Assembly: GCA_049968235.1 (NCBI GenBank)
Contig: JBMFRC010000055.1
Span: forward strand, 1 to 607
DNA length: 607 nt
Reading direction: 5' to 3'
Origin: Candidatus Hydrogenedens sp.
Lineage (GTDB): Bacteria; Hydrogenedentota; Hydrogenedentia; Hydrogenedentales; Hydrogenedentaceae
Shown here: in pieces, positions 1 to 607 of the stretch
Layout of the letters: every line of letters begins with the position of its first letter
Position numbering within the stretch: position 1 is the stretch's first letter
Notes under the pieces: model-generated
Seen by the model: only the letters and a program-made list of their open reading frames with translations
Databases searched by the model: none
What the model was told of the DNA's origin: nothing
Made by a program: the position numbers and the translations under genes

Positions 1-60
1 AACTCTCGGCTCGCTCTGATATAACCGTTTCTAAATCTCAATAGGCTCGCTACATCGAAA

Positions 61-450
61 TTGTTGCTTAGTCTATTTAGGCTCGCTATATTAAAGTTGT
101 TGCTAAATCTCCATAGGCTCGCTAAAACTTCCTTGTTGCTTTTATTTTCTCGGCTCGCTAACTCTATCTTGTTGCTCCCCCTTTTCAGGCTCGCTGTTTT
201 AAACCTGCCTCTCTTCATAGTTTGGCTTGCTTCCAATTCACTGTTGCTGTCCATCTTACGGCTCGCTACAAGGATTTTGTTGCTTCTGTGCGATAGGCTC
301 GCTATTTTAAAGTTGTTTCTCTTCGCCAATCGGCTCGCTAAAACTTCCTTGTTGCTTTTATTTTCTCGGCTCGCTAAAATGGTATTGTTGCTTTGGAAAA
401 ATCGGCTCACTCACCTTAGTTTGTTGCTCTTATGTTTTAGGCTCGCTTAG
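61..450 (+). CDS. Hypothetical ORF in phase with the repeat, encoding a leucine-rich 12-aa periodic peptide (R-L-A-x3-L-L-L-x3)n; probably an artefact of the tandem array rather than a real gene
   Basis: The frame-1 open stretch actually runs 25..450: there is a TAA at 22-24 and a TAG at 448-450, and TTG at 61 is the first possible start. In this frame GGCTCGCT reads xGG-CTC-GCT (R/W-L-A) and TTGTTGCT reads TTG-TTG-CTx (L-L-L). Three observations argue against coding. The array continues upstream and downstream of the ORF with equal conservation. Synonymous positions inside the anchors are invariant while whole codons between them are free. Unit 14 is 35 bp, which would shift the frame. About 73 variable codons in an AT-rich background carry no stop, which is a weak argument for coding, but the effective sample is reduced by duplicated units. 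Confidence 0.2.
   Translation: MLLSLFRLAILKLLLNLHRLAKTSLLLLFSRLANSILLLPLFRLAVLNLPLFIVWLASNSLLLSILRLATRILLLLCDRLAILKLFLFANRLAKTSLLLLFSRLAKMVLLLWKNRLTHLSLLLLCFRLA
116..161. repeat. Exact 46-bp copy (unit 4 plus the start of unit 5) of 332-377; part of a wider ~82-bp near-duplicated block 80-161 / 296-377
   Basis: Base-by-base comparison shows 116-161 (ggctcgctaaaacttccttgttgcttttattttctcggctcgctaa) is identical to 332-377. The offset is exactly 216 bp, i.e. 6 units. The flanking bases at 115/331 and 162/378 differ. Confidence 0.9.
332..377. repeat. Second copy of the exact 46-bp block (unit 10 plus the start of unit 11)
   Basis: Identical to 116-161. The preceding unit 9 (296-331) matches unit 3 (80-115) at 23 of 25 positions over anchor-1, V1 and anchor-2, but its 11-nt V2 is unrelated (3/11). 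Confidence 0.9.
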
Positions 451-607
451 TCCTTTTTGTTGCTAAAATTATATTGGCTCGCTTCCACCTATTGTTGCTC
501 TTGCTCTCTCGGCTCGCTAAAACTTCTTTGTTGCTTCAAATTCATTGGCTCGCTCAAAGGATATTGTTGCTTGTTTTTGTTTGGCTCGCTATAAAGTCAT
601 TGTTGCT

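Larger units (their letters stand above)
1..607. repeat. 36-bp-period tandem direct-repeat array, 16 full units plus one truncated, cut by both window edges; unit = GGCTCGCT + 9 nt variable + TTGTTGCT + 11 nt variable
   Basis: GGCTCGCT sits exactly at 8-15, 44-51, 80-87, 116-123, 152-159, 188-195, 260-267, 296-303, 332-339, 368-375, 440-447, 476-483, 511-518, 547-554 and 583-590. Single-base variants are ggcTtgct at 224-231 and ggctcAct at 404-411. TTGTTGCT sits exactly at 61-68, 97-104, 133-140, 169-176, 277-284, 349-356, 385-392, 421-428, 457-464, 492-499, 528-535, 564-571 and 600-607. Variants are ccgtttct 25-32, ctgcctct 205-212, ctgttgct 241-248 and ttgtttct 313-320. Anchor-1 to anchor-1 spacing is 36 bp throughout, except 476 to 511, which is 35 bp. 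Inter-anchor segments show little or no conservation. Confidence 0.95.
1..607. promoter_or_regulatory. Candidate protein- or RNA-binding site array (iteron-like, centromere-like or sponge-like); functional class unresolved
   Basis: This is inference only. Two short invariant direct-repeat motifs at fixed 17/19-bp alternating spacing, with free sequence between them, is the pattern expected when only contact bases are under selection. There is no dyad symmetry. No homolog is recognised. Confidence 0.2.

Noticed and set aside
8-68. Sigma-54 type promoter (GG ... GC elements) repeated in tandem
   Set aside because: The GG of GGCTCGCT and the GC of TTGTTGCT are about 22 bp apart. The sigma-54 -24/-12 elements need about 10-12 bp between the GG and GC dinucleotides. 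There is no TGGCAC-N5-TTGC match.
141-151. Phased A/T tracts causing intrinsic DNA curvature
   Set aside because: T-tracts and A-tracts do occur in many V2 cassettes, but they recur every 36 bp (about 3.4 helical turns). That is out of phase with the helical repeat, so coherent bending is not expected. Tract presence is also inconsistent between units.
61-450. Leucine-rich repeat (LRR) protein or lipoprotein-type surface repeat gene
   Set aside because: The period is 12 aa (RLAxxxLLLxxx). This does not fit the 20-29-aa LRR consensus LxxLxLxxNxL. Invariant synonymous positions, continuation of the array beyond both ends of the ORF, and a 35-bp unit all argue that the periodicity is at the DNA level.
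1-607. Canonical CRISPR array
   Set aside because: The conserved elements are only 8 nt and the variable inserts 9 and 11 nt, for a total period of 36 bp. Known CRISPR repeats are at least ~23 nt and spacers at least ~26 nt. No CRISPR finder would call this and no cas-like context is visible. I keep only the analogy in logic (fixed repeat plus unique insert).
1-607. Hairpin, terminator or dimeric palindromic operator repeats
   Set aside because: The reverse complements of the anchors (AGCGAGCC, AGCAACAA) do not occur on the + strand, and the two anchors are not complementary to each other even allowing G-U pairs. The array is purely direct-repeat with no dyad symmetry.
1-607. tRNA, rRNA, IS element or transposon ends
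   Set aside because: No cloverleaf-compatible segments, no long inverted terminal repeats and no transposase-length ORF are present. The window is fully accounted for by the 36-bp array.

Overview
The whole 607-bp window is one strictly periodic tandem direct-repeat array with a 36-bp period. It holds 16 full units plus one truncated unit, and both window edges cut the array. Each unit is [GGCTCGCT][9 nt variable, V1][TTGTTGCT][11 nt variable, V2]. The two octamer anchors are nearly invariant (15/17 and 13/17 exact copies) and the inter-anchor segments are essentially unconstrained. Anchor-1 starts are at 8, 44, 80, 116, 152, 188, 224 (variant), 260, 296, 332, 368, 404 (variant), 440, 476, 511, 547, 583. 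Every spacing is 36 bp except one 35-bp unit. Anchor-2 starts lie 17 bp downstream of each anchor-1 start (16 bp in the short unit). The six-frame ORF (61..450 +) is in phase with the repeat and translates to (R-L-A-x3-L-L-L-x3)n. The array continues on both sides of the ORF, wobble positions in the anchors never vary, and one unit is 35 bp. I therefore consider the ORF most likely a by-product of the periodicity, not the reason for it. No tRNA, rRNA, canonical CRISPR, IS element or terminator is visible. The fixed anchors flanking short hypervariable cassettes, the block duplications and the module exchange between units do not match any array class I recognise (CRISPR, iterons, sopC-type centromeres, CsrB-type sponge repeats). 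This is the main item to follow up. The + strand is clearly pyrimidine-rich (T>A, C>G), so the two strands are asymmetric.
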